DNA of 64,000 bases from an uncultured virus (IMG/VR IMGVR_UViG_3300013014_000028) (lineage: Duplodnaviria; Heunggongvirae; Uroviricota; Caudoviricetes). The notes under the pieces are model-generated. The model searched no databases. It was given only the letters and a program-made list of their open reading frames with translations, and was not told the DNA's origin. Made by a program: the position numbers and the translations under genes. Of the stretch, positions 1 to 10,787 are shown piece by piece (the stretch's first letter is position 1; each line of letters opens with the position of its first letter). The stretch lies in the IMG/VR virus record IMGVR_UViG_3300013014_000028; one strand, written 5' to 3'.

Positions 1-1188
1 CCTTCTATTTTTTGTTATAACATTTAAATCGTACGTATCCTTAACGGTTTCATAAAGTCTCTCTCCCATATCTTTAATTAGGTTAGGGTTCTTAACTAAC
101 TTCTCAATGAATTTAGCCCAATCAGAATGATTCCTATTTTCATCAACCAATAACGCATTTCCTTCTACAAAATTACCATTTTTAAGACAATGTTTCAAAT
201 CAATAGTATATGGACCTAAATTAGAAGCAATTAATGCTTTTTTATAAAATCCTGACTCAATAACTTTAAGTTGAGATTTCATCCTATTAAACATGTGATT
301 TTTAATCGGTGCTAAGGAGATATCAAATTTAGAATAATTTTTTGCATATGATGTTACTGGTTGTGTCCATACTCTTCTATATGACTCATTTAATTCATTT
401 TGATACGGTTCTTGAGAATATTTTAATAAAAATTTTCTATAATCATCCGATACTATTTCAAAATTTTGTGTAAAAATACTTTCGTAAGATGCCCATACCG
501 TCTCTTCTGGCTTTATATTACGTTTGGTATGTTCTCCAGTGTCTTTATTTATTTCGGTGACAGTGCCTCTAGTATCAAATCCACATAAAACATACTGAAC
601 CTTATCTTTTAAAGATGTTATTTTACTAAAAGATTGATTTAATAATTCTAAATCGTGTAAATGAGAAGAACCTCCTAACCAACCAATTCTAATTTTATCA
701 AATTCAGGTGTTGGTTCAATGAATTGGGGTTCTTTTGGATTAATACCGTTAGGTAAAATAAACACATTATTATTTATTTTTTTAATCTCGTCAGCAAATA
801 TAGATGTTGTTGTGGTAACATACTTGGCATCTTTAACATTAGCTACAATTTTTTCATTAATTTTATTGAACCTAATGATGTCGTGAATGGGATGTTCTTT
901 ACCTGGCATCCAATAGTCATCAATATCACAAATTGTGACAATTCCCATTGAATTGAGTACTTTAATAAGTTGGTTAGCTTTATCAAAATCTTGACCAATA
1001 CTTCTATGAAATGATACAATCTGATACTGTTTCCAATAATTTAAATTATCCATTTGTGGTTCGTAATCAATATCCACATGGAATTCGTCTCCGTAAAGAT
1101 TTTGTAAAAAAATATGAGGGTCTACTGAACGAAATTTACCAACACCTGTTCTATCAGATGGTAAAACTAAAACATTAATTTTTGACAT
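1..1188 (-). CDS. Glycosyltransferase, GT-B fold (GT4-like); 3' end runs off the window
   Basis: Not in the ORF track. Manual translation from ATG at 1188 gives MSKINVLVLPSDRTGVGKFRSVDPH..., later DIDDYW, RIGWLGGSSHLHDL, DISLAPIKNHMFNRMKSQLKVIESG and LIASNLGPY; these are GT-B/GT4-type motifs. Confidence 0.8.
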   Translation of the reverse strand, partial: MSKINVLVLPSDRTGVGKFRSVDPHIFLQNLYGDEFHVDIDYEPQMDNLNYWKQYQIVSFHRSIGQDFDKANQLIKVLNSMGIVTICDIDDYWMPGKEHPIHDIIRFNKINEKIVANVKDAKYVTTTTSIFADEIKKINNNVFILPNGINPKEPQFIEPTPEFDKIRIGWLGGSSHLHDLELLNQSFSKITSLKDKVQYVLCGFDTRGTVTEINKDTGEHTKRNIKPEETVWASYESIFTQNFEIVSDDYRKFLLKYSQEPYQNELNESYRRVWTQPVTSYAKNYSKFDISLAPIKNHMFNRMKSQLKVIESGFYKKALIASNLGPYTIDLKHCLKNGNFVEGNALLVDENRNHSDWAKFIEKLVKNPNLIKDMGERLYETVKDTYDLNVITKNRR

Positions 1189-1242
1189 ATTAAAATATTA
1201 TTCTGTCAAAAATATAGTTCTAAATTTCCAATAAAAAAAGTA

Positions 1243-1803
1243 TTATCTAATTTTTTTAATTTTTGTTACTTTACCCTCAAAAATATGTTTACCCACTTTA
1301 AAACTAAAAAGTTCATTAGATTTTTCTTCAGATTCAGTGATAAGACCATTTTCTTGTAAAACTTTTCTAACTGTAGATTCAACTATTTGTTGTAGTTGTT
1401 TAATATCAAAGTTTGATGTTGTTGGTATTTGTTGTAGTTTTTGAGTTTCTCCCTTTTGTTCTTTCATTAATCTTGACGCTTTTTTAATTAGCTCATTTGA
1501 TAATACAGGAGATTGAGATTGAGTTTGTATAGGTCTTTCAATCATTAACCTTTTTATTTCTTCAGGAAGTCTAGAATTTTTTATCGCATCAACAGTAGGA
1601 GTTTTCATTGGTCTATCTGCCGGTAACCCAGATACTGATTTTGATTCTTGCATAAATTCTTGAGGAATATTATATTTGGCTTCGGGAGCATCAAATTGTT
1701 GTAGCGATGTTGGGGGCAATCCTACATTTCCTGATTTCTTTATGTTATCTGATTTGTCCATGATAGCTTTAGATATCATGAGTTTTTCCATTAATCTGTC
1801 CAT
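1243..1803 (-). CDS. Hypothetical protein, possibly an internal head protein
   Basis: 186-aa ORF in a co-oriented run; carries IVES/LQE/ITES motifs. Confidence 0.7.
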   Translation of the reverse strand: MDRLMEKLMISKAIMDKSDNIKKSGNVGLPPTSLQQFDAPEAKYNIPQEFMQESKSVSGLPADRPMKTPTVDAIKNSRLPEEIKRLMIERPIQTQSQSPVLSNELIKKASRLMKEQKGETQKLQQIPTTSNFDIKQLQQIVESTVRKVLQENGLITESEEKSNELFSFKVGKHIFEGKVTKIKKIR

Positions 1804-1806
1804 AAT

Positions 1807-2184
1807 TTAAAATTTACTAATAATAATAACACTAATCATACTTTTGTCACTATTTGGATTAAAATCTGGTCTCATTTCTGTAAAAATTTCTCCAGTCGGT
1901 TTTAATGATAATATTTTATCCAACCTAAATAATCTCCATCCTGGAAGAGGTTGTTCTCCTTTGTATCCTGTATGAGACGCCCCTTCAATATCCCAAGCTC
2001 TAACAACTTTATTTCCGGATTTACTTGTTCCAAGGCATACAGGTTCAATTTCTCTTAACCCCCTACCTCCAGGTTCACCATCATAATATATAATACACTT
2101 CTTTTTGTTTTTCACACAATCAGTAATACTTTCTATAGAAGCTATTTCACATATTAATTCTTTAAGTACTCCTTTTAAATTCAT
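1807..2184 (-). CDS. Stand-alone WYL-domain protein
   Basis: IYY...REIEPVCLG...VRAWD...WRLFRLDKI matches the WYL domain pattern (R.vEP, W, R.FRlDrI); no HTH is present. Confidence 0.8.
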   Translation of the reverse strand: MNLKGVLKELICEIASIESITDCVKNKKKCIIYYDGEPGGRGLREIEPVCLGTSKSGNKVVRAWDIEGASHTGYKGEQPLPGWRLFRLDKILSLKPTGEIFTEMRPDFNPNSDKSMISVIIISKF

Positions 2185-2477
2185 AGTTGAAAGTTAGGAT
2201 AGGTTTTTGATGAATTAAATTTGTTTATTTTAATTTCATTTTTTCTTTCTACAAGGTCAGTTGCGTCCCCCGCAGTTTGATTATAAACATCTAAAAATAC
2301 ACCAGTTCCTCTACCTTTAGCATCACCATCGGCGATTGCATCTGGATTAACTGCAGAGTATTCGTTTGTTACTTTATAATCGTTTCTTGGTATTAATTTA
2401 GCTCTTTCTTGGTCTGCAATTGCGGTAAGAGCGTTAGCAACATTTTGTGATAAGTCAATTGCCAATTCGTTTGCCAT
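2181..2477 (-). CDS. Hypothetical protein
   Basis: 98-aa ORF with a 4-nt overlap with the downstream gene. Confidence 0.7.
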   Translation of the reverse strand: MANELAIDLSQNVANALTAIADQERAKLIPRNDYKVTNEYSAVNPDAIADGDAKGRGTGVFLDVYNQTAGDATDLVERKNEIKINKFNSSKTYPNFQL

Positions 2478-2481
2478 AGTT

Positions 2482-2958
2482 TTAAATTTTTGATATTATT
2501 TCATTTATTCTTTTTAGTGATTCTGTAACCGCAACGTCATATTTTGAAACGGTATTAGTATGTTCTTGAGACTTTCTTACGTTGGTAAAGTCTTTTTTTT
2601 CGTGATTTTTTATAAACTGATTTTGTAAACCAGTTTCAGATTTATGTTTTTTTGTTGTATGGATACCATCTCTCATTCTTCTTAACTGGTCATTTACCCA
2701 ATTTTTAATTTCCACTCCCCCATTAAGAATAAATGACGGTTCATTTTGGTTACCTTTGAAACTATCAAAAAAATTTTTAATTCTTTTTAATTGTTTATAA
2801 TCAATTGTTTGCTGACTTTGTAATTCTTTGTTTCTTTTAAACCCTTCAACACTATCATCCGCACCTTTCACACTATGAAAACAAAGCCTCATATGTTCCC
2901 TTTTGTCTTCAGGAAACTCAACAACACCATTTGTACTATTGTATAGTTCTTTATTCAC
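2482..2958 (-). CDS. Hypothetical protein
   Basis: 158-aa ORF, tightly packed; C-terminal VTESLKRINE motif. Confidence 0.7.
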   Translation of the reverse strand: MNKELYNSTNGVVEFPEDKREHMRLCFHSVKGADDSVEGFKRNKELQSQQTIDYKQLKRIKNFFDSFKGNQNEPSFILNGGVEIKNWVNDQLRRMRDGIHTTKKHKSETGLQNQFIKNHEKKDFTNVRKSQEHTNTVSKYDVAVTESLKRINEIISKI

Positions 2959-3757
2959 TATCTAACATTTTTATAATGTCTTTTTTAGACATCCCCTCTT
3001 TTTCCATTTGTTTTAAAAGAGTTTTTATGTTCTTTTTAATAATTGAAGAAACTTCTTTTTTTGAATCTTTTTCTCCAATATCGGAATTATTTTGATTTTT
3101 TTTGTTAACCAAAATATCTTCAACAACTTTAATTGCTTTTTGTTTTTGCAATTCTGATATTGTTGCTCTTGTTATAAAATTTTTGTCATTATAATACTTT
3201 GATTTCTTATCTTTTTTACCTGAAGGGTCTTTTCCTTGTTGTTTTGTCCTATCTTTTGCGTCTTCAGGTTCCATTTCTAGTTCATCTTTAAAATATTTGA
3301 AAGTTTCTTTACCATCCAAATCTTTTGTTTCTTCATAACCAAAGGCATCAGACATATCAGATTCTCCAAAGAAAGTTCTGAATCCTCTAAATCCTCTACC
3401 AAACAAGTCATTTGTTTGTCTTGTCATTGATACGGTTTGGTCCATAGTTTTTCTTGGATGCATTTTTGGGTCTAAAATTGGAATTTTAGAATTCATAAGT
3501 CCACCGTCACCATTAACCAACTCTTCTATTTCACCACTAACTTCTTTTGATGATTTTTTCTTTTTAGTTTTTAAAATTTTTTCCAAATAGTTTTCAACAT
3601 CCTTCAACTTTTTTTTCGGTATTTTAATTTCTTTATCTTTTTTTCTTGCCTCAACTAAAGTTGATTCTGAAGAGAAATATAAAGAGTAACTATCATTTCT
3701 TTCTTTTAAAAAGAAATAATACGGAGATGAAAAATATTCTTTATCTAGACTAATCAT
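2951..3757 (-). CDS. Hypothetical Lys/Glu-rich protein
   Basis: 268-aa ORF, first gene of the minus-strand run; TATTTATA lies 10 nt upstream. Confidence 0.7.
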   Translation of the reverse strand: MISLDKEYFSSPYYFFLKERNDSYSLYFSSESTLVEARKKDKEIKIPKKKLKDVENYLEKILKTKKKKSSKEVSGEIEELVNGDGGLMNSKIPILDPKMHPRKTMDQTVSMTRQTNDLFGRGFRGFRTFFGESDMSDAFGYEETKDLDGKETFKYFKDELEMEPEDAKDRTKQQGKDPSGKKDKKSKYYNDKNFITRATISELQKQKAIKVVEDILVNKKNQNNSDIGEKDSKKEVSSIIKKNIKTLLKQMEKEGMSKKDIIKMLDSE

Positions 3758-3767
3758 TTTTTTTTAA

Positions 3768-3796
3768 TATAAATACTTCAACAAAAGGTATTTATT
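3768..3796. promoter_or_regulatory. Back-to-back TATTTAT promoter motifs for divergent genes
   Basis: TATAAATA at 3768-3775 (TATTTATA on the minus strand) and TATTTATT at 3789-3796; each is 10 nt from its ATG. Confidence 0.6.
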
Positions 3797-3806
3797 CTAA
3801 TAGATT

Positions 3807-6800
3807 ATGTCATACCAAAATATAAATCAATATGTGTTTAGAAGGTTATACTTAAAACCACTTAAGGAAATAACCGATATATCTTTAGCATCAGATGAAA
3901 AAGATTATGACCAAGAGGTTATTTTCTCCCCACTATTGATAGGTGAGAACGATGGTGATAGAATGCCATTAAAATTTGATTTTAATAGCTCAGGTACAAC
4001 TGACTGTGTTAATTGTGGTACTTTTAATAAAAATACAATTGTTTCTGAAAATTATTGGAACCCTTTGGATTTAGATTTGGTTAACTGTGGAGTAATAACT
4101 GAAATATGTGATGTCGGATTAACCGGAATTGACAATGGTCTTGTCAATAGGTTTTCTGGTGAAACAATAGAATTAAATAGCGGATTATATACTTCTCGTA
4201 CAGATAGATTTTCAAGATACAAGTACGATAGAAGGTTTAAGATGCATCCTATTACAGGGTTTACCACATCATTGAATAGATTATTAAACGATAATTCATA
4301 CACATATGATGTTAGTTTTGATAATGATTCTGACGTAATAGGTGATTATATAAAATTTAATGGTGGGTTCTATCAAGGATTCTACAAGTCATTTGGATAC
4401 AATTATCAGGTACTTCCTGAAAGATATAATTTGGGTTGGTCTGCAGAATTTATGTTAAGGTATAGATGGACTGGAGACACTAATACAGGTTTGAATGTAA
4501 GATACCCTAATAATAAAGGGACATTTTTTTACTATGGGGCTAGAGCGGAAAACAAATTCTACCATTACGCTAATGGTTCTCCGTTGAGTGATAGTGGGTA
4601 TACTAGAGTTACTCAAGGACTAAATTGTTTAGAAACTTGTGGTTGTGAATTTACTGCAAATACTGCATCAATTTGCCACCAAGTTTACCAACAATCCGGA
4701 GTTACTTCTCAAAATTGTAGTTGTGGACAATGTCCATGTAACTGTACAACATATGCCTCAATTCCGGAATTAGACCCTTTATATGATGGAGTTTCAAACG
4801 CACTATCATTAAGACTAAGTGGAAATACAGGTAGTCCAAGATTATGTGTTAAAACATATAGAATCACTGGTGGGTGTGAAACAACTGGTACTTGTGTAAC
4901 TGGTGTTACATATACCACAGGAACTAGTGTAACTGAATGGTGTTCAACAAGAGGTATTTTTGATGATTGCTCAGGAACAACATATGCAAATATTGAAAGG
5001 TGGGTTCAGATTGATGCTGTTTTTGAAAGAAATGAATACTTAGATGAATGCGATTTAAAATATAAAGGAGGGTTAAGTGAAATTGTAACAACTCAATTTA
5101 CCGCAACAAGCGCTAATAATAGCGTTAGTTTAATTGAACCTCCATTAACAAGAAGTGAAAATTATGACCCTGCAACAGTTGAGGTTGTTAATATTACAGA
5201 AAGGTGGATTGACGAAAAAAATTACAGAGAAGGTAATTTAAAATTTTACGTAAACGGTAAGTTATTTTTAGTCGTTGCCAATTTTGAAGAAATAATACCC
5301 AGACCTTTAAATACTTCAAAAGAAACTCAAATAGGTGTTGCGTATAACATATCATTGGGTGGAGGAACTCAGGGATTACACGATAATCTAACTGTTACAG
5401 GTTGCGTAGCATCCTTAACAGGAATGACATATCAACAAGACCCCGAATGTTCACCTACCGAAGTTTTGGATGAAACATCGTATTCAGGTTTAACAACAAA
5501 TATAAAACTTGAAGAGTATTTTGGGGGTAGTTTTTTTGGTGATATTAGTGCGTTTAGAATGTATACAGAACCATTGAATGGTGCTCAGATAAGACATAAT
5601 TTTAAATTATTAAAAAACAAATACGCTTTATTAGACCCATTTTGTTTGAACTGTGATAATCCATTAAGTCCTGTATTAATAACTCCGACTCCAACACAAA
5701 CGCCTACCAAGACTCCAACACAAACTCCAACTCAAACTAAAACACCAACACCTACCAAGACTCCAACACAAACTCCAACTCAAACTAAAACACCAACACC
5801 TACCAATACTCCAACTAAAACTAAAACACCAACACCTACCAATACTCCAACACAAACTCAAACACCAACGACTACACTTACTCCAACTTCAACCATAACA
5901 CCTACAGTTACGGTTACACCGACAATTACACCGACTGTAACACCAACTCCTACACCAACAAATACTTCAACATCTGTAACACCAACAAATACCCCAACAA
6001 ATACAATAACTCCTACAGTTACACCAACAAATACCCCAACAAATACAATAACTCCTACAGTTACATCAACAAATACAATAACTCCTACAGTTACGATAAC
6101 AAATACAACAACTCCTACTGTTACACCTACTAGTCCTACAACTGCTTGTGGTACAATATCACAGTTAGGTTCCAATGTTAGAAGAGCAACATCTGACGAT
6201 GTTTTAGCTATTCCAAATGCAAATCTTAACGATATTATTATAGTTCGTCCAGGTGCTGATGGTGGAGGAACTGTTGACCCTTCTTGGAATATACTTCCAG
6301 GTCAAAAAATTGTAATTATTGCTGGTGTTTATAGCTATATATTAATTAATAATTACTCAAGCGGAACAACAGAAAATCCAATTGTAATAACAAACGCGTG
6401 TGGTCAAGTTGAAACAAGTAGTTTTGAAATTATAATGTTAGCTTACTTTAAATTAACAGGTAGATACGACCCGGCAAATAAAACAGGAGACATAAATTAT
6501 CAGGGACATGCTAATGGATATGCTTGGACACAGGGTAAATATGGAATTTTTGTTAATAGAAATTGGACAAATCAAGGACAACAATTAATTCAATTCCTAA
6601 GTGCAACTTATTTAGGTGTTGACCATCATATTGATAATTACGAACTTGAATATGTTGAGAGTGGTAACGGTGGATATACAAATGCTTTAAGAACGGACAA
6701 TTATCCAAAGGGAATATTGGCAAACATATCAATTCATGATTGTTATTTTCATGATATTGATGGTGAAGGTTTATATATGGGAGCGTCTACAGACCAACCA

Positions 6801-8033
6801 GCCGGTTATGAATTATATGAAAATTTAAAAATCTATAATAATAGATTTATTAGGACAGGAAGAGATTCATATCAAACAAAAAGAGTTATTGGAGGACTTA
6901 GTATATATAATAACACATCAATAAATCCTGGAATGTATGGTGTAGATGGTCAAGCATATGCTTGTAACATGTTTTTTGGTGATGGAGGAAGTGTAGTTGA
7001 AAATAATTTGTATGTAGGTGCTCCGGCAATTGCGGCAATACAATTTTTTATGGAGAGCGACCCTGTGTATACTCCAACAGGCGGAACAGTAACATTTGAT
7101 AATAATGCAATATTACATTCAGGAACTGATGGTGTTCTATATGCAGGTGCTTGGGGACTTTTAATTAAAAAAGATGGAATTTGGGGACCATCGGATACAA
7201 GCTTACCTCCAGTACAAGTTCAAATAACAAACAACTATTGGGGATATTTTAGTACTCTTTTATCAACTGAAATATATGTTGTTTACTCATTATATAACCA
7301 AACTCCCACCGCACCTGTGTATACAAGTGGTAATACATTTGATGGAACAGGATTCAAAACCACATTCTGGAGAGCCGGAACACCTAGTTCTCCAACAACT
7401 AATGTGAATAATAATTTAGGTACAGTTAATGATGTTGTATTTGAAAATTATGATTATGGGGTCGGTTTTAGTTACCAAAAATTTGCATTCTGGAACAACA
7501 CATATACGTATACGGTAGGTTGGTACGTAAGTTATCGTTCAAGAGTATATAAATGTATTCTTTCCTCAACAAATGTACAACCTGGGGTTTCAGGTGGTTG
7601 GGCAACTTATTGGGAATTACAAACATATAATGGAGGAACTTCTTATTTCCCTGCGGATGACGTAAGGGTTGTTAGTGGAAACTTCTATAACACAAATAAT
7701 ATTGGATTATTAGATAACCCATCTCCAACACAAACACCTACCAACACTCCAACTCAGACTAAAACACCAACTAATACTAATACTCCAACAACTACTATAA
7801 CACCAACAACCACAATCACACCTACAGTTACACTTACACCAACTAATACCCCAACAAATACTAATACTCCAACAACTTCTATAACACCAACAACCACAAT
7901 CACACCTACAAATACACCCACAAATACTAACACACCAACACCATCATCAACTCAACTATACTTCTTATTATTTGAGGATAGTTCAATTGCTACGGCAGAA
8001 AATAACGATAATATTGAAATAGATATAATATAA
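3807..8033 (+). CDS. Large mucin-like virion/fibre protein: Cys-rich LamG-like N-region, Thr/Pro repeat, parallel beta-helix, CBM5/12-like module, second Thr/Pro repeat
   Basis: FYVNGKL...[21 protein letters not shown] (LamG-like); TPT repeats; [25 protein letters not shown] (beta-helix rungs); [22 protein letters not shown]...W (CBM12-like). Confidence 0.75.
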   Translation: MSYQNINQYVFRRLYLKPLKEITDISLASDEKDYDQEVIFSPLLIGENDGDRMPLKFDFNSSGTTDCVNCGTFNKNTIVSENYWNPLDLDLVNCGVITEICDVGLTGIDNGLVNRFSGETIELNSGLYTSRTDRFSRYKYDRRFKMHPITGFTTSLNRLLNDNSYTYDVSFDNDSDVIGDYIKFNGGFYQGFYKSFGYNYQVLPERYNLGWSAEFMLRYRWTGDTNTGLNVRYPNNKGTFFYYGARAENKFYHYANGSPLSDSGYTRVTQGLNCLETCGCEFTANTASICHQVYQQSGVTSQNCSCGQCPCNCTTYASIPELDPLYDGVSNALSLRLSGNTGSPRLCVKTYRITGGCETTGTCVTGVTYTTGTSVTEWCSTRGIFDDCSGTTYANIERWVQIDAVFERNEYLDECDLKYKGGLSEIVTTQFTATSANNSVSLIEPPLTRSENYDPATVEVVNITERWIDEKNYREGNLKFYVNGKLFLVVANFEEIIPRPLNTSKETQIGVAYNISLGGGTQGLHDNLTVTGCVASLTGMTYQQDPECSPTEVLDETSYSGLTTNIKLEEYFGGSFFGDISAFRMYTEPLNGAQIRHNFKLLKNKYALLDPFCLNCDNPLSPVLITPTPTQTPTKTPTQTPTQTKTPTPTKTPTQTPTQTKTPTPTNTPTKTKTPTPTNTPTQTQTPTTTLTPTSTITPTVTVTPTITPTVTPTPTPTNTSTSVTPTNTPTNTITPTVTPTNTPTNTITPTVTSTNTITPTVTITNTTTPTVTPTSPTTACGTISQLGSNVRRATSDDVLAIPNANLNDIIIVRPGADGGGTVDPSWNILPGQKIVIIAGVYSYILINNYSSGTTENPIVITNACGQVETSSFEIIMLAYFKLTGRYDPANKTGDINYQGHANGYAWTQGKYGIFVNRNWTNQGQQLIQFLSATYLGVDHHIDNYELEYVESGNGGYTNALRTDNYPKGILANISIHDCYFHDIDGEGLYMGASTDQPAGYELYENLKIYNNRFIRTGRDSYQTKRVIGGLSIYNNTSINPGMYGVDGQAYACNMFFGDGGSVVENNLYVGAPAIAAIQFFMESDPVYTPTGGTVTFDNNAILHSGTDGVLYAGAWGLLIKKDGIWGPSDTSLPPVQVQITNNYWGYFSTLLSTEIYVVYSLYNQTPTAPVYTSGNTFDGTGFKTTFWRAGTPSSPTTNVNNNLGTVNDVVFENYDYGVGFSYQKFAFWNNTYTYTVGWYVSYRSRVYKCILSSTNVQPGVSGGWATYWELQTYNGGTSYFPADDVRVVSGNFYNTNNIGLLDNPSPTQTPTNTPTQTKTPTNTNTPTTTITPTTTITPTVTLTPTNTPTNTNTPTTSITPTTTITPTNTPTNTNTPTPSSTQLYFLLFEDSSIATAENNDNIEIDII
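5682..6143 (+). repeat. Thr/Pro-rich coding tandem repeat 1 ([17 protein letters not shown])
   Basis: Contains an exact 48-nt tandem duplication (5703-5750 = 5751-5798) and a 42-nt duplicated unit near 5980-6065. Confidence 0.95.
7719..7952 (+). repeat. Thr/Pro-rich coding tandem repeat 2
   Basis: [29 protein letters not shown]... with the same units as repeat 1. Confidence 0.95.
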
Positions 8034-8045
8034 AAATAGAATAAA

Positions 8046-8552
8046 ATGGCAAATACAAAAATAAGTCAATTACCAACATTTACGGGAAATACCAACGGAA
8101 CATTTATTGTTATAAACAATAGTGGTAATACGGAATCATTTAAGGTGGCTAAAGAAACATTATTTAGTGGATATTCAACAAATGTGGTATCACCAGTCTC
8201 AGGAAGTTGGACTTTATCCGCAGGCACAAATACTGTTAGTTTTACAGTTACTGCAGGTGAATCATATGTTATGTGGGTGAATGGAAATATTCCAAACGGT
8301 ATTGTTAATTGGAATGCAACAGTAACATTATCAAACTCAAACGTACCTGTAATAGGTGTACAATATGGTTGGTATTATCTTGCAGGAAATGCTTTGGTGT
8401 TAACATCAATACCAAGTCAGATAGTTGGGACTGCGGGAACTATTAGTACCTCAGCACCAGCGGGTTCAAATACAAATACCTTTACATTTGGTATAACCAA
8501 TAACAGTGGTACATCTCAAATAGTGTATTACGGATATATTAAAATAAGTTAA
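8046..8552 (+). CDS. Small beta-rich virion/fibre-associated protein
   Basis: The MANTKISQLP N-terminus is typical of phage fibre/decoration proteins; Ser/Thr/Gly-rich. Confidence 0.6.
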   Translation: MANTKISQLPTFTGNTNGTFIVINNSGNTESFKVAKETLFSGYSTNVVSPVSGSWTLSAGTNTVSFTVTAGESYVMWVNGNIPNGIVNWNATVTLSNSNVPVIGVQYGWYYLAGNALVLTSIPSQIVGTAGTISTSAPAGSNTNTFTFGITNNSGTSQIVYYGYIKIS

Positions 8553-8588
8553 AATAGAAACACAAAAATAAATAATTTATTTTATTAC

Positions 8589-8620
8589 AACCCTCTACTT
8601 TTGTGGAGGGTTTTTTATTT
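8589..8620 (+). terminator. Intrinsic terminator
   Basis: AACCCTCTAC-TTTT-GTGGAGGGTT followed by a T-run. Confidence 0.8.
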
Positions 8621-8640
8621 TTAATACAAATTAAAATTAA

Positions 8641-9909
8641 ATGAGTAAGATTTTTATACAAATTGCATCCTACAGAGACCCCCAATTAATACCAACAATT
8701 AAAGATATGTTGACAAATGCAAAAAAACCAAAGAATTTAGTATTTTCAATAGCAAGACAATTTTCAGAAACAGATGGATTTGATAATCTTGATGAGTATA
8801 GAAAAGATAAAAGATTTAAAATTTTGGATATCCCTTACCAAGATGCTAAAGGTGTTTGTTGGGCAAGAAACCTTACACAACAACTTTATGATGGTGAAAC
8901 ATATACAATGCAAATTGATTCTCATATGAGATTTGAAAAAAATTGGGATGATACGTTAATCAATATGATAAAGGGTCTACAAAAGGATGGTTATAAGAAA
9001 CCACTACTTACGGGTTATGTACCATCATTTGACCCTGAAAATGAACCTGCAGGAAGGTCTCAGGAAGCTTGGAGGATGGCATTTGATAGATTTATCCCTG
9101 AAGGAGCTGTTTTCTTTTTACCTGAAACAATTCCTGGATGGAGAGAAATGACAAAACCTGTAACCTCAAGATTTTATTCTGCTCACTTCTGTTTTACTTT
9201 AGGAGAATTTTCTACTGAAGTTCAACACAACCCTGAATATTATTTTCATGGTGAAGAGATTTCTATTGCGGCAAGAGCTTATACTTGGGGTTATGATTTA
9301 TTTCATCCACATGTTCCTGTTGTCTATCACGAATATACTCGTAAGGGTAGAACTAAGCAATGGGATGATGATAAGACTTGGGGTGAAAAAAATAGAATAT
9401 CTCATTTAACAAATAGAAAGTTGTTTGGAATGGATGGTGAAGCTCAAGAAGGACACGATGGTCCTTATGGTTTTGGTGCCGTTAGGAGTTTAAAAGATTA
9501 TGAAAAATATTCTGGTTTATTGTTTGAAAGAAGAGCAATCGACAAACATTGTTTAGACAAACAATATCCACCAAGTCCTTATAATTTTGAAACAGAAGAA
9601 GAGTGGAAGGATAGTTTTGCAACAATATACAAACATTGTATTGATGTTGGGTATACAAGCGTTCCTGAAAAGGATTATGATTTTTGGGTGGTTGCGTTCC
9701 ATAACGCTAAAGACGAAACTTTGTTTAGAAAAGATGCAGACAAGAATGAAATTGCTGGTTTCATGAGAGACCCTGACGGATACTGTAAAGTTTGGAGAGA
9801 ATTCCAAACCACAGAACTACCAACGTATTGGGTTGTTTGGCCTCACTCAGAATCAAAAGGCTGGTGTGATAGATTAACAGGTCAATTAAACCACAATAAC
9901 GTTAGCTAA
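8641..9909 (+). CDS. GT60-like polypeptide alpha-GlcNAc transferase (Gnt1/Gnt2-type)
   Basis: IFIQIASYRDP, GVCWAR, MQIDSHMRF (DSH motif), FHGEEI...AARAYTWGYD and VVYHEY are GT60 hallmarks. Confidence 0.85.
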   Translation: MSKIFIQIASYRDPQLIPTIKDMLTNAKKPKNLVFSIARQFSETDGFDNLDEYRKDKRFKILDIPYQDAKGVCWARNLTQQLYDGETYTMQIDSHMRFEKNWDDTLINMIKGLQKDGYKKPLLTGYVPSFDPENEPAGRSQEAWRMAFDRFIPEGAVFFLPETIPGWREMTKPVTSRFYSAHFCFTLGEFSTEVQHNPEYYFHGEEISIAARAYTWGYDLFHPHVPVVYHEYTRKGRTKQWDDDKTWGEKNRISHLTNRKLFGMDGEAQEGHDGPYGFGAVRSLKDYEKYSGLLFERRAIDKHCLDKQYPPSPYNFETEEEWKDSFATIYKHCIDVGYTSVPEKDYDFWVVAFHNAKDETLFRKDADKNEIAGFMRDPDGYCKVWREFQTTELPTYWVVWPHSESKGWCDRLTGQLNHNNVS

Positions 9910-9910
9910 A

Positions 9911-10786
9911 ATGACATTTCATACAAAACAAACAAACCCTCTTAACTTAATTTGGCAAACATTTAATGGAGACCAAACAACTTTTGAATTCGAATATACT
10001 ACAGAATTTCTGTTTAAAGATATTGAACAGAATAGAATATTTGATGACGGTAAATTATCTACTGTTTTAGATAACTCTGTAATTATTTATTCTAACAATT
10101 CAAATAACATATCTGACGACTTTAATAACTATTTAAATAAGTTTGTTGAACTAGGTTATACTTTTTATTTGTTGCATTTCTCTAACGAGAACTTAAGTCA
10201 TAATTGTGAGTATTATTCAAAAGCAAAAAATGTTTTTAGAAATTATTATGATTCAAATATTACTGCTGAAAATGTTACATTTATTCCTTTGGGTGTAAAA
10301 ACAGGATTTCTTAACAAGAATGAAAATTTATCAAAAACAAAAGAGTATGAGTTTGCGTTTATTGGACAACCAAAATCGGACAGACAAGAGTTATTGTCTG
10401 TGATTGAAAATATGGAAAATGTTTTTATACATAAAACAAATTCATGGAATTGTTCGACATCATTAACTCAAGACGAATGCGTTTCAATTTATAGTAAAAC
10501 AAAATTTGTTCCGTGTCCTATGGGATGGGTTCATCCTGACTCATTTAGATTGATGGAATGTTTAGAATCAGGGTCATTACCAATTTTAAAAAATTACAAT
10601 AACTTAGAATATTTCACTAAAGTTTGGGGAGACTCTCCAATACCTGTGGTTAATTCATGGAATGAAATTGTGAAATATTATAATATGGACAACAACCAAT
10701 ATAATGAATTATACAATAACGTATTTAATTGGTACTCTACCTTTAAAAGTAATTTGGTTTTAAAAATTAAAAATAAATTAAATTAA
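9911..10786 (+). CDS. Exostosin/GT47-like glycosyltransferase
   Basis: FAFIGQ...R, KTKFVPCPMG...DSFRLMECLESGSLPI matches the exostosin C-terminal motif (F.l.P.G...s.R..Eal..G.iP). Confidence 0.7.
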   Translation: MTFHTKQTNPLNLIWQTFNGDQTTFEFEYTTEFLFKDIEQNRIFDDGKLSTVLDNSVIIYSNNSNNISDDFNNYLNKFVELGYTFYLLHFSNENLSHNCEYYSKAKNVFRNYYDSNITAENVTFIPLGVKTGFLNKNENLSKTKEYEFAFIGQPKSDRQELLSVIENMENVFIHKTNSWNCSTSLTQDECVSIYSKTKFVPCPMGWVHPDSFRLMECLESGSLPILKNYNNLEYFTKVWGDSPIPVVNSWNEIVKYYNMDNNQYNELYNNVFNWYSTFKSNLVLKIKNKLN

Positions 10787-10787
10787 T

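Noticed and set aside
3768..3775. Canonical T4 late promoter TATAAATA in the sense orientation
   Set aside because: At non-divergent genes the motif is consistently TATTTATA on the coding strand, so the T4 orientation does not fit.
5676..6175. Minus-strand ORFs with CWS/VGV repeats; CRISPR-like periodicity
   Set aside because: These are antisense shadows of the TPT-coding repeat. The units are in-frame codon repeats with no unique spacers, and no cas genes are present.
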